Positions 55,311-63,817 of a stretch of 64,000 nt of DNA are shown here, in pieces. Where the stretch lies: the NCBI GenBank assembly GCA_944343275.1, contig CALVMH010000003.1, positions 31,632 to 95,631 on the forward strand, in the 5' to 3' direction. A program made the position numbers and the translations under genes. Under the pieces are notes generated by a model that was given only the letters and a program-made list of their open reading frames with translations, was not told where the DNA came from and ran no database searches. The DNA is from an uncultured Clostridia bacterium. GTDB lineage: Bacteria > Bacillota > Clostridia > Christensenellales > Borkfalkiaceae. Positions within the stretch are counted from its first letter, which is position 1, and every line of letters starts with the position of its first letter.

Positions 55311-56267
55311 TCAGTATTTGGTCACTTTGACGGATTTGATATAGATGGGCATATCGACGGGCGTTTCGAAATCGGCGTCGAGATTGCCCTTTTGCACGTT
55401 TTCAAACACGTCGTAGCGGTTGAGCACCTGATCGGACATCGTCTGCGTGAAGGAAGCATCCTCGTCGAGCGTCTCCTTATATTCCTCAATGGCGGCGAGC
55501 AGCCCGTCCGTCATCTGTTCCTCGTAATTCTTCACTTTGCCGAACACGCAATAGCTGTCGCTCTCCGTCATCGTCTCGCCCGTGAAGGTGTAGAACATCG
55601 ACGTGGCGCTATTGTACTCATAGCCCACGAGCTGATATTTTTCGCCGTCGTTGGCGGAACCGCCGTCGATGCGCTCCACCCAGACCTCCTCGTCCGTGCC
55701 GACGCGGTTGCCGTTCCCGGCCCTGCCGAGTTTGGGCGTATAATACATGACAAGCGCGCCCGTCGTAGCGGAAATATCCCTTCCGTTTTCCTGCTCGACG
55801 CCGTTCTCGGAAAATTCCCCGTAAACGGAATAGAGGGGCTGTGTACGCGCCTCATCCTTCCAGACCGTCTGGGTGAACGCGGTGCCGTTCCCGGAAAGCG
55901 CATTCACGATGGAGAAGTAGTCGGCTTCCACCAATCCGTCCTCCCCCAGACCGTAACCGCCCGTGTACAGACGCGTGCCGCTCTCGCCCTCGTAGTCATG
56001 GACGACGAACTTGTATTCCACGCCGTCCGCGGTGAACCCGTTATAATATCCCGCATCGGCAAGTTCGATGAAGTGCTGCACCGTCCGCGGCGCGTCGATA
56101 CGCGAAAGGACGTATTCCACCTCGTAATCCTTGCCGTTGAAGGAATAGGTGATCGTCACCTCCGGATTGTTGGACGTGGTGCAGCCCGCGAACATGACAA
56201 CGGACCCCGCCGCAATGAGCACAGCCGTTCCCGCAGCCGCCATGCGGCGCAATGATTTTTTGTTCAT
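55311..56267 (-). CDS. cyclophilin-type peptidyl-prolyl isomerase-like lipoprotein (divergent)
   Basis: Lipobox MFAGC. The motifs APRTVQHFIELADAGYYNG, SVYGEF and YCVFGKV resemble cyclophilin motifs. Start set to ATG 56267, 8 nt after AGGAGA. Confidence 0.6.
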   Translation of the reverse strand: MNKKSLRRMAAAGTAVLIAAGSVVMFAGCTTSNNPEVTITYSFNGKDYEVEYVLSRIDAPRTVQHFIELADAGYYNGFTADGVEYKFVVHDYEGESGTRLYTGGYGLGEDGLVEADYFSIVNALSGNGTAFTQTVWKDEARTQPLYSVYGEFSENGVEQENGRDISATTGALVMYYTPKLGRAGNGNRVGTDEEVWVERIDGGSANDGEKYQLVGYEYNSATSMFYTFTGETMTESDSYCVFGKVKNYEEQMTDGLLAAIEEYKETLDEDASFTQTMSDQVLNRYDVFENVQKGNLDADFETPVDMPIYIKSVKVTKY

Positions 56268-56294
56268 AGCCATATCTCCTGAGATTTCCCCCCT

Positions 56295-56323
56295 ATTGTA
56301 CCCTGAAAACGCCGTTCCGTCAA
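56295..56323 (-). promoter_or_regulatory. sigma-A-type promoter for the PPIase-like gene
   Basis: Minus strand: TTGACG (56323-56318), 17-nt spacer, TACAAT (56300-56295). Confidence 0.55.
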
Positions 56324-56398
56324 GCGGTTTGCGCCGTTCGGGAATGAAAATTGTGTGTGGAACGCGCAATTCCCGCCCGCAGCGCGCCGTCTGCCCGC

Positions 56399-56444
56399 AC
56401 AAAACGCGCAAGCCGCCGCGTCAAAAGGACGCGGCGGCTTGCGC
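56399..56444 (-). terminator. intrinsic terminator after the hemolysin-III-family gene
   Basis: Perfect 17-bp stem GCGCAAGCCGCCGCGUC/GACGCGGCGGCUUGCGC, followed on the minus strand by GUUUUGUG. Confidence 0.75.
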
Positions 56445-56450
56445 AAAGGT

Positions 56451-57143
56451 TCAGATCAGCAACAGAAGAATGCTTGCAAATTGCAGCGCCGTACCCGCGA
56501 TGTCGAAGATGTGCCAGATACAGTGAAACCACGTTCTGCGCCTGCCGAAGGCGTAAAAGAGGATGCCGAGCGTGTAGGCGACGCCGCCCGCGAGCAGCAG
56601 CGCCGTCCCCGCGGCAGACATGGCAGCCAGAAGCTGCGGCAGAACGGCGAGCGCCATCCAGCCCATGACGACATAGAGCGCCATGGAGATCGCCTTCACC
56701 GCCTTGTTGTTCATGGCGACGGCGTTCAGCGCAATGCCTGCGGCGGCAAGCGTCCATTGCAGCGCGAACACCGTCCACCCCGCCGCCGTGCCGCCCAGCG
56801 CAATGAGGCAGAAGGGCGAATATGTTCCCGCGATGAGCAGGAAAATGGTGCAGTGATCGAAGATGCGGAAGACGCCCTTCCCCTTTCCGTCGGGGAACAA
56901 ATGATAGAGCGCGCTCATTGTATAGAGCAGCGTGGCGGAGGCGCCGAACAGCGAGACCGCCGCCACCGCGCCCCGCGCGGGAAGCGCATAAGCGGCGAGC
57001 ACGATCCAGAAAAACAATCCGAGGACGGCGCCCGCGATGTGTGAAACGCCGTTTGCCACCTCCTCCCGCCTGCTGTAAAAGGAATAAAATCTGCCGTCCT
57101 GCGTGGTCGTGCCGCGCTCGGTGTGTTCCGCCGTCGTCTGCAT
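56451..57143 (-). CDS. hemolysin III / PAQR-family membrane protein
   Basis: Seven TM segments with family motifs EEVANGVSHIAGAVLG, SALYH, RIFDHCTIFLLIAGTYSPF and WHIFDIAG. Confidence 0.8.
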   Translation of the reverse strand: MQTTAEHTERGTTTQDGRFYSFYSRREEVANGVSHIAGAVLGLFFWIVLAAYALPARGAVAAVSLFGASATLLYTMSALYHLFPDGKGKGVFRIFDHCTIFLLIAGTYSPFCLIALGGTAAGWTVFALQWTLAAAGIALNAVAMNNKAVKAISMALYVVMGWMALAVLPQLLAAMSAAGTALLLAGGVAYTLGILFYAFGRRRTWFHCIWHIFDIAGTALQFASILLLLI

Positions 57144-57254
57144 AGCCGCCTCCCGTTCCGAAACTTCCCTTCAAGTATATGTCGGTTTGGCGAAAGTTGC
57201 AACCTACCGTTCGGATGCCGCGCGCTACTTCGGAACGGGCGCATTCTACCGCAC

Positions 57255-57291
57255 AAAAACGCCGCTCTACCCAAAGTAGAGCGGCGTTTTT
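57255..57291. terminator. bidirectional intrinsic terminator ending the pfl operon
   Basis: AAAAACGCCGCUCUAC-CCAAA-GUAGAGCGGCGUUUUU. It touches the zinc-ribbon gene stop codon. Confidence 0.8.
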
Positions 57292-57563
57292 CAACGCAAA
57301 AAGAGCACCAGCGCGATGACCGCCACGGCAATGACCGTGCCGACAATGTAACAGACGGTGCGGATCTTCTTCTTTTTCTGCGGATCCATGGGCCGATAGC
57401 CCGCGGGAACGAGCTCCCCGCCGCAATAGGGACAGCGGGCCATGTGGTCGAGCACGCTCTTCCCGCAGTGCGGGCAGGGCAGGACATGCTTTTCCAGCCG
57501 CGCGCGCCGCCGCTCGGCGCGCGCCTCTTCCCGCGCAAGGCGTTCGTCTTCGGGACGCATCAC
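57291..57563 (-). CDS. zinc-ribbon membrane protein (hypothetical)
   Basis: CPHCG...CPYCGG double CxxC motif followed by one TM segment ([20 protein letters not shown]). Its start (GTG 57563 or ATG 57560) overlaps the stop of the GrcA-like gene. Confidence 0.6.
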   Translation of the reverse strand: MMRPEDERLAREEARAERRRARLEKHVLPCPHCGKSVLDHMARCPYCGGELVPAGYRPMDPQKKKKIRTVCYIVGTVIAVAVIALVLFLR

Positions 57564-57796
57564 ATGCTCTCGTGGATGGTCCGCGCAATGACGTCATCCT
57601 GCTGTTCTTTGGTGAGTTTGTTGAAATTCACCGCATATCCGCTCACGCGGATGGTGAGCTGCGGATATTTTTCGGGATGCTTCTGCGCGTCGATGAGCGT
57701 CTCGCGGTTGAAGACGTTGACGTTGAGATGATACCCGCCGTCGCCCACATAGGCGTCCAGCATATTGACGAGGTTTTCCGTTCTCTGATCGGACAT
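57560..57796 (-). CDS. autonomous glycyl-radical domain protein (GrcA/YfiD-like); corresponds to the missing C-terminus of PflB
   Basis: The 78-aa product [78 protein letters not shown] carries the RVSGYAV glycyl-radical fingerprint. It has its own AGGAGG RBS 7 nt upstream of ATG 57796. Confidence 0.85.
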   Translation of the reverse strand: MSDQRTENLVNMLDAYVGDGGYHLNVNVFNRETLIDAQKHPEKYPQLTIRVSGYAVNFNKLTKEQQDDVIARTIHESM

Positions 57797-58073
57797 GATA
57801 TTTCCTCCTGAAAGTTTTTTAAGGGAAATGCGCCGCTCTTCGGTCATTCCGGACGGCGCGGCGTATGCCGCGGAGCGCGAGAATCCCTTGGCGCATTACC
57901 GCTCTTACACGGTGGGATTCTTCGCTATCGCTCAGCATGACGCGTTTTGCGGGCTTTCGGTACAGCCCTTGCCTCCCCTGTGCAAGGGGAGGCAAGAAAG
58001 CGTGCCCTGCCCGTGTTTTCTCTCAAATCACGGCAAAGATTTTTGCCTTTGCAAAAAGAAATTCGTGAACCCC

Positions 58074-60113
58074 CTATTCCTTCCCCAGCGACTGCGGCGT
58101 GACGGAGAAGGTGTTGGAGATGCCGTCGCGGGCGTAGTCGTAGGGAAGTTTTGCGACCGATTCGAGCGAAGCGAGCGCGCCGTGACTGTCCCTGCCGTGC
58201 ATGGGATTGGCGCCCGGCGCGAGCGGTTCGCCCGCCCGCCTGCCGTCCGGCGTGTTGCCTGTCTTTTTGCCGTACACCACATTGGAAGTGATGGTGAGGA
58301 TGGACATGGTGGGCACCGATTCGCGGTACGTCGTATGGGACTTGATGAAGTTCATGAACGTCTTGACGAGCCAGACGGCGATCTCGTCGGCGCGGTCGTC
58401 GTTGTTGCCGTACTTGGGATAGTCCCCCTCGATCTTGAAATCGGTGACGATGCCCTTTTCGTTGCGGACGGGGTACACCTTTGCGTACTTGATGGCGGAG
58501 AGGGAATCTGCCGCGCACGAAAGCCCCGCAATGCCCGTGGCGAAGAAGCGGCGCACTTCGCTGTCGTGCAGCGCCATTTCGAGCGCTTCGTAGCAGTACT
58601 TATCATGCATGTAGTGGATGACGTTGAGCGTGTTCACATACAGCCCCGCGAGCCAGCGCATCATCTCCGTGTACTTCGCCTTCACCTCCTCGAAGCTGAG
58701 GGGACCGTCCCCCGTGACGGGCGCATAGGGCGGCGAGACCTGTAAAGGATTTCCCGCCTTGTCGCATTCCAATTCGTCCTTGCCGCCGTTGATGGCGTAC
58801 AGCAGGCACTTGGCAAGGTTGGCGCGCGCGCCGAAGAACTGCATGTCCTTCCCGACGCGCATGCTCGAAACGCAGCAGGCGATGCAGTAATCGTCCCCCA
58901 TTTCGGGACGCATCAGATCGTCGCTCTCATACTGGATGGCGCTCGTCGCAATGGAGACCTGCGCACAGAACGTCTTGAAATTTTTGGGAAGGCGCCGCGA
59001 CCAGAGCACGGTGAGGTTGGGTTCGGGCGCGGGACCCAGATTGAAGAGGGTGTGCAGGATGCGGAAACTGTTCTTTGTGACGAGCGGTCTGCCGTCCACG
59101 CCCATGCCGCCGATGCTCTCCGTCACCCACGTCGGATCGCCGCTGAACAGTTCGTTGTATTCCCGGATGCGCATGAACTTGACGACGCGCAGCTTCATGA
59201 CGAAGTGGTCGATGAGTTCCTGCGCCGCCTCTTCCGTGAGCGTGCCCTCGTCGAGGTCGCGCTGGATATAGATGTCGAGGAAGGTGGAATTTCTGCCGAT
59301 GGACATGGCGGCGCCGTTCTGATCCTTAACGGCGGCAAGATAGCCAAAGTACAGCCATTGGATCGCCTCCTGCGCCGTCTCGGCGGGTCGGGAGATGTCG
59401 AAGCCGTAGGAAGCAGCCATCTCTTTGAGCCTGCCCAGCGCTTTTATCTGCTCGGAGAGCTCCTCCCGGTCGAGGATCTTGTCGGGCGTCATTTCCCCGC
59501 ACAGGAGTGCTTTATCCTCCTGCTTCTTTTTGATGAGGTAGTCGACGCCGTAGAGCGCGACGCGGCGGTAATCCCCCACGATGCGCCCCCTGCCGTAGGT
59601 ATCGGGCAGCCCCGTTAAAATGTGTGCGTGGCGGGCGAGCCGCATTTCGGGCGTGTAGGCATCGAACACGCCGTCGTTGTGCGTCTTGCGGTATTTGGTG
59701 AAGACCTCCCTGACCTGCGGCGAAATATGATAGCCGTACATTTCGAGCGCCTCCTCCGCCATGCGGATACCGCCGAAGGGCTGCAATGCGCGCTTGAAGG
59801 GCTTGTCCGTCTGAAGCCCGACGATCTTTTCGAGCGTCTTGTCGAAATAGCCCGCCGCATGCGAATTGACGCGCGAGACGATCTCGGTGTCGGCGTCGTA
59901 CACGCCGCCCCGCTTGCGCTCCTCCTCGGAGAGGGCGAGCACCTGTTTCCAGAGCGTCTTTGTCGCCTCCGTTGCGGGCGCGAGGAAGCAATCGTCCCCC
60001 TCATAGGGGGTGTAGTTGCGCTGGATGAAATCGCGCACGTCCACTTCATCGTTCGACCATCTGCCGCGTTCAAAAGAGCGCCATGCCTTTTCAAAGTCCA
60101 TTGTCGTCACCAT
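58074..60113 (-). CDS. pflB: pyruvate formate-lyase catalytic body (679 aa) lacking the C-terminal glycyl-radical domain
   Basis: PFL N-terminus ([35 protein letters not shown]) and active-site Cys pair ([16 protein letters not shown]). It ends at ...[15 protein letters not shown] followed by TAG, which is where full-length PflB continues into the radical domain. The start could be 60113 or 60101, and the RBS is weak. Confidence 0.85.
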   Translation of the reverse strand: MVTTMDFEKAWRSFERGRWSNDEVDVRDFIQRNYTPYEGDDCFLAPATEATKTLWKQVLALSEEERKRGGVYDADTEIVSRVNSHAAGYFDKTLEKIVGLQTDKPFKRALQPFGGIRMAEEALEMYGYHISPQVREVFTKYRKTHNDGVFDAYTPEMRLARHAHILTGLPDTYGRGRIVGDYRRVALYGVDYLIKKKQEDKALLCGEMTPDKILDREELSEQIKALGRLKEMAASYGFDISRPAETAQEAIQWLYFGYLAAVKDQNGAAMSIGRNSTFLDIYIQRDLDEGTLTEEAAQELIDHFVMKLRVVKFMRIREYNELFSGDPTWVTESIGGMGVDGRPLVTKNSFRILHTLFNLGPAPEPNLTVLWSRRLPKNFKTFCAQVSIATSAIQYESDDLMRPEMGDDYCIACCVSSMRVGKDMQFFGARANLAKCLLYAINGGKDELECDKAGNPLQVSPPYAPVTGDGPLSFEEVKAKYTEMMRWLAGLYVNTLNVIHYMHDKYCYEALEMALHDSEVRRFFATGIAGLSCAADSLSAIKYAKVYPVRNEKGIVTDFKIEGDYPKYGNNDDRADEIAVWLVKTFMNFIKSHTTYRESVPTMSILTITSNVVYGKKTGNTPDGRRAGEPLAPGANPMHGRDSHGALASLESVAKLPYDYARDGISNTFSVTPQSLGKE

Positions 60114-60180
60114 ATCGTAATGTATTTTGTGAATTTATCCCGTGTTTTACGCATGCACGGCGCAGATCCCGCCGACGGGG

Positions 60181-60453
60181 TCAGGGCTGCTCCGCAAGTT
60201 TTGCATCCAGCCAGAGTTCTAAAATTTCCTCCGGCTGAAAGCCCGTGCAGCGGGCGATCTCCTGCCCGTCCCGAAAGACGATGAGCGTGGGAACGCGCAC
60301 GATCTCCAACGCGCGCACCCGCTCCGCATTCTCCTCGTTCACTTCGAGATGCCCGACGGGAATGCCCCGCGCGGCGGCAAGCCTGCGGACGACGGGCAGC
60401 AGGCTCAGGCAGTTTGCGCAGCCCTCGCCGCTCACTTCCAGAAGTTCGTACAT
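60181..60453 (-). CDS. thioredoxin-fold protein (CxxC)
   Basis: The 90-aa product contains GEGCANCL, with VPTLIVF as the cis-Pro loop region. Start ATG 60453 follows GAGGUGA. It lies between pflA and pflB. Confidence 0.65.
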   Translation of the reverse strand: MYELLEVSGEGCANCLSLLPVVRRLAAARGIPVGHLEVNEENAERVRALEIVRVPTLIVFRDGQEIARCTGFQPEEILELWLDAKLAEQP

Positions 60454-60461
60454 CGTTCACC

Positions 60462-61190
60462 TCAGTGCGCGTATTTCCCCGCGCGCAGGATGCGCTTTGC
60501 GTTCTCCACGCGTTCGGGAGAGGGCGGCTGCACCCCTTCGAGGGGATAGCCGCGCAGCAGCGCACGGTACTTCTGCACCCCCATCGTGTGATAGGGCAGC
60601 ACCTCCACCCTGTCCACATTGCTCAACGAATCGAGGAAGGCGCGCAGTTTTTGCAGCATCGCATCGTCGTCCGTCAGACCGGGAACGAGCACGTGCCGCA
60701 CCCACATCCTGACGCCCTCCCCCTCCAAAAACTTTGCAAACGCCAGCACGGGCGCATTGCTCCTGCCCGTCAGAAACCTGTGCGCCGTGTCGTCGATGTG
60801 CTTGACGTCGAGCAACACGAGGTCTGTGACGCGCGCGAGCGCCTTGTAACGGGCATCCTCTTCCGAAAAACAGACGCCCGATGTGTCGAGGCAGGTATGG
60901 ATGCCGCGCTGTTTTAGAAGGGTGAAGAGTTCGAGCACGAAACCGAGCTGCATGAGCGGCTCGCCGCCCGAAACGGTGACGCCGCCGCCCCCTGCAAAAT
61001 AGCTCTTGTATTTGAGCACCTCGCGGGCGACGTCCTCGGCAGACATCTCCTGCCCGCCCGCAGCGTCCCACGTGTCGGGATTGTGGCAGTACTTGCAGCG
61101 CATGGGACAACCCTGCAAAAAGACGACGGAGCGGATGCCGGGGCCGTCCACCGTTCCGAACGATTCAAATGAATGCACCCGACCGACCAC
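60462..61190 (-). CDS. pflA: pyruvate formate-lyase activating enzyme (radical SAM)
   Basis: GRVHSFESFGTVDGPGIRSVVFLQGCPMRCKYCHNPDTW (CxxxCxxC cluster). Start reset to GTG 61190, 5 nt after GGAAGGGGG. The ORF-track start at 61235 would lie inside the riboswitch terminator. Confidence 0.85.
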   Translation of the reverse strand: MVGRVHSFESFGTVDGPGIRSVVFLQGCPMRCKYCHNPDTWDAAGGQEMSAEDVAREVLKYKSYFAGGGGVTVSGGEPLMQLGFVLELFTLLKQRGIHTCLDTSGVCFSEEDARYKALARVTDLVLLDVKHIDDTAHRFLTGRSNAPVLAFAKFLEGEGVRMWVRHVLVPGLTDDDAMLQKLRAFLDSLSNVDRVEVLPYHTMGVQKYRALLRGYPLEGVQPPSPERVENAKRILRAGKYAH

Positions 61191-61205
61191 GCGCGCCCCC
61201 TTCCG

Positions 61206-61312
61206 ATAAAAACAGGCAATCTTTGATCCCCTCAAAAATTGCCCAGACGAACGACATTTCCGCCCTGCGGCTTCACGCGGTGCTCCGCTTTTGCTTCGTC
61301 AGTTGCCGCAGG
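61206..61312 (-). promoter_or_regulatory. ZTP riboswitch (pfl motif) with terminator expression platform, upstream of pflA
   Basis: Minus-strand RNA is UGCGGCAACUGACGAAGCAAAAGCGGAGCACCGCGUGAAGCCGCAGGGCGGAAAUGUCGUUCGUCUGGGCA. P1 is UGCGGC/GCCGCA. The conserved ACUGACG, GGAGC and CGUCUGGGCA elements are present, and GACGAA/UUCGUC has pseudoknot potential. Next comes the terminator GGCAAUUUUUGA-GGGGA-UCAAAGAUUGCC plus UGUUUUUAU, whose 5' arm overlaps the aptamer 3' end. Confidence 0.8.
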
Positions 61313-61329
61313 CGTCTTCAACTGCCCAT

Positions 61330-61358
61330 ATCATACCACAGCTTGCGCGGCTTGTCAA
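61330..61358 (-). promoter_or_regulatory. sigma-A promoter (extended -10) of the pfl operon
   Basis: Minus strand: TTGACA (61358-61353), 17-nt spacer, TGgTATGAT (-10 at 61335-61330). Confidence 0.65.
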
Positions 61359-61493
61359 GGAAACGGGCGTATTTTGTCGGAAAAAAATTTTCCGCACATA
61401 CTAAATATTGTGTTTCATGAATGGATGTTCCACAAAATATAGATATTTCCTTTGTGAACGAAGCCGACGGCGCGGCAGGCAAAGACCGCCCGC

Positions 61494-61529
61494 AGAAAAA
61501 CGAGCGCCGCCCCGGCGGGCGGCGCTCGT
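61494..61529 (-). terminator. intrinsic terminator after the HIT-family gene
   Basis: Minus strand: ACGAGCGCCGCCC-GCCG-GGGCGGCGCUCGU followed by UUUUUCU. Confidence 0.8.
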
Positions 61530-61540
61530 CGGAGCGTTTC

Positions 61541-61876
61541 TTATTCCCACGCGAGCGGTTCGCCGCCCAGGATGTGGATGTGCAGGTGCATGACGGTCTG
61601 CCCCGCGTTCTCCCCCTGATTGACGACGAGACGGTAGCCCTCTGCAAGCCCCAGATCGGGCGCGAGCCGCCCGATTTTGGCGAGCGCGCGGGCGAGAAGC
61701 GCGGTCCGCTCCCCGTCCGCCTCCGCGAGCGTTGCAAAGTGCGCGCGCGGGACGCACAGAAGATGGATCTTCGCCTTGGGTTCGATGTCTTTGAAGATGA
61801 CGATCTCGTCGTCCTCATACACTTTTGCGGAGGGGATCTCCCCTGCGGCGATCTTGCAGAATACACAGTTTTCCAT
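61541..61876 (-). CDS. HIT-family (histidine triad) protein
   Basis: CVFCKI..GEIPS..VYEDD and the histidine triad HLHIHILGG. Confidence 0.85.
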   Translation of the reverse strand: MENCVFCKIAAGEIPSAKVYEDDEIVIFKDIEPKAKIHLLCVPRAHFATLAEADGERTALLARALAKIGRLAPDLGLAEGYRLVVNQGENAGQTVMHLHIHILGGEPLAWE

Positions 61877-61878
61877 CG

Positions 61879-63102
61879 TTATATCTCCTTTTCGATACGG
61901 GCATGATAGCCGTCTTTTTCGCGTTCCGTCAGGGTGACTTCATACATGCCCCCCTCCCGTGCCTCCTCCGCATAGACGCGGATGTAGTTGGCGGTGCAGC
62001 CGCCGTCCGCCTCGAAGAGCGCGGAAAACGTTCTGCCCGCAAACCGCGCGAGATAGCGCTCCTCCGCTTCGGCGGCAGCTTGCAGCAGCCGCGCCATACG
62101 CGCCTTCTTCACGTCCGCCGCAAGCTGTTTCCGCTTTGCCGCGTTCGTTCCGGGACGGGGAGAATAGGGAAAAGCATGCACGCGGGCAAACCCTGCCTCA
62201 CGGATGAGGGAAAGCGTCCCTTCAAAGTCCTCCTCCGTCTCCGAAGGAAACCCCGCGATGAGGTCGGTGGTGATGGCGGCATCCGGAAATACGTCGTAAA
62301 TGCGCGCGCACGCCTCCAGATATTCCGCCCGCGTATACCGCCTGTTCATGGCGGAAAGCACCCTGTCCGCACCGCTCTGCGCGGAGAGGTGGAAGTGTTC
62401 GCACACGTTCCCCGCCGCCTTCATCTTTTCGAGGAATTCCCGCGTGACGATCCCCTCTTCGAGCGACCCGAGACGGATACGCGCGGGTACGCCGGCAAGA
62501 TACAGCAGCAGATCGCCGAGGTCGGCGTCTCCGTCCCGATAGGACGTGATGTCGATGCCGGTGAGCACGACTTCGCGCGCGCCGCACGCCAGAATTTCGG
62601 CACGCACGCGCTCCATGCAGCGCGAGCGCGAACGCCCCCGCAGATAGGGAATGACGCAGTAGGAACAAAACCGGTCACACCCGTCCTGGATGCGCACATC
62701 CTGCCGCGTGCGCGTGCGCTTTGCAAAGGGCAGTTCGCAGAAGGCGCGCTCCCCTTCGAGCAGTACGCCGCGCGCATCCAGACGCTCTAAAACGAGGTCC
62801 TTGCGCATCGTGCCCGCAACAAGCGTGACGCCCTTGCGGGAAGCGAACGCCTCCGGTGCGCGCTGCGAGGCGCATCCGCACACGATGACGGGCGCAGACG
62901 GGTTATACTTTTGCAGCCGCGCCACCGCCTGACGGCTCTTTTTTTCCGCCTCGGCGGTGACGGCACAGGTGTTGAGGATATAGAGATCGGCGGCGCACGG
63001 CTCGGCGGAAGTCTCCCAGCCGCGCGCTTCCAGCCCCGCCATGAGGGAGGCGCTCTCCGCCTCGTTCACCTTGCAGCCGAGCGTAAAGACACATGCCTTC
63101 AT
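61879..63102 (-). CDS. mtaB: radical-SAM tRNA methylthiotransferase (MtaB/YqeV-like)
   Basis: MKACVFTLGCKVNEAESA (UPF0004 domain) and QDGCDRFCSYCVIPYLRG (CxxxCxxC). Conserved prmA-rsmE-mtaB order. Start ATG 63102 forms an ATGA overlap with the rsmE stop. Confidence 0.75.
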   Translation of the reverse strand: MKACVFTLGCKVNEAESASLMAGLEARGWETSAEPCAADLYILNTCAVTAEAEKKSRQAVARLQKYNPSAPVIVCGCASQRAPEAFASRKGVTLVAGTMRKDLVLERLDARGVLLEGERAFCELPFAKRTRTRQDVRIQDGCDRFCSYCVIPYLRGRSRSRCMERVRAEILACGAREVVLTGIDITSYRDGDADLGDLLLYLAGVPARIRLGSLEEGIVTREFLEKMKAAGNVCEHFHLSAQSGADRVLSAMNRRYTRAEYLEACARIYDVFPDAAITTDLIAGFPSETEEDFEGTLSLIREAGFARVHAFPYSPRPGTNAAKRKQLAADVKKARMARLLQAAAEAEERYLARFAGRTFSALFEADGGCTANYIRVYAEEAREGGMYEVTLTEREKDGYHARIEKEI

Positions 63103-63815
63103 CCGAGTTCCCCCACTGCATGCATGATGACGGCAAGCAGCGCGACGGCAGCGGTCTCGGCACGCAGGATGCGCTTGCCAAGGGAAATGCCCGCATACCC
63201 CATCGACTGCGCGAGGGCGTATTCTTCTGCGGAAAATCCCCCTTCGCTGCCGACAACGGCGCATACGGACGCCCCCATGTCCGCGACGGAGCGCTCGCTC
63301 CGTTCCAGAAATTCACAGGCGAACAGCTTGTCGCGGTATGCCGCACCCGCCGCGAGCGCCTCTTCCAGCGCGGGGAAATAGTCCACCTGCGGCACGCCCG
63401 CGCGCAGGCACTGTTTCGCCGCCTCGCGCGCCACGCGGCGCAGACGTTCAAGTTTGTTTTCGTTCATGTACGCCGCGCAGAACCGCGAGGAAAAGACGCC
63501 GATGCGGCTTGCGCCCAGCTCCGTCGCCTTCTGCACGACGAGCTCCGTCTTGTCCCCTTTCAGGGCGCCGACGAGCAGAAAGACGTCCGTCTTCGGTTCC
63601 CTGTCCGAGACGCTCTCCCGCACGACATGCACGGCGATCCCCTGCCTGTCCGCACGGGTGACGACGGCGGAATACTCCTTTCCGCTGCCGTCGAAGAGGG
63701 TGACTTCATCCCCCTCCGAAAGGCGCAGGATGTTTCTTGCGTGGCGGCTCTCCTCGGGAGAGAACACCACCTCGTCCGCGATCTCTTCCACAAAAAAACG
63801 CTTGGGCGCCGCCAT
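63099..63815 (-). CDS. rsmE: 16S rRNA (uracil1498-N3)-methyltransferase
   Basis: RFFVEE......SPEESRHARNILRLSEGDEVTLFDGSGKEY, and C-terminal SLGKRILRAETAA (SPOUT knot). Start ATG 63815. Confidence 0.8.
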   Translation of the reverse strand: MAAPKRFFVEEIADEVVFSPEESRHARNILRLSEGDEVTLFDGSGKEYSAVVTRADRQGIAVHVVRESVSDREPKTDVFLLVGALKGDKTELVVQKATELGASRIGVFSSRFCAAYMNENKLERLRRVAREAAKQCLRAGVPQVDYFPALEEALAAGAAYRDKLFACEFLERSERSVADMGASVCAVVGSEGGFSAEEYALAQSMGYAGISLGKRILRAETAAVALLAVIMHAVGELG

Positions 63816-63817
63816 AG

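Noticed and set aside
57797-58073. Whether the pflB interruption is a group I/II intron, an intein or an IS/MITE insertion.
   Set aside because: No group I P/Q/R/S-type elements and no group II domain V are visible. The downstream piece has its own strong RBS and ATG, so independent translation is the simplest reading. An intein is excluded by the in-frame stop. I found no terminal inverted repeats, target-site duplication or transposase. A MITE-like origin cannot be ruled out without genome-wide repeat searches.
61190-61235. The ORF-track start of pflA at 61235 (MRGSKIACFYRKGAR...).
   Set aside because: This segment coincides with the riboswitch terminator hairpin and U tract (61206-61243). 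The conserved PflA N-terminus (GRVHSFESFGTVDGPG) begins right after the GTG at 61190, which has a GGAAGGGGG RBS.
61395-61445. An imperfect palindrome upstream of the pfl promoter (ATATTTTGTG...CACAATAT, with a central TTCATGAA), considered as a Rex- or CRP/FNR-type operator.
   Set aside because: The half-site spacing of about 18 nt does not fit Rex (TTGTGAA-N4-TTCACAA) or CRP/FNR (N4-N6) architectures. It may still be an operator of unknown type, but the evidence is too weak.
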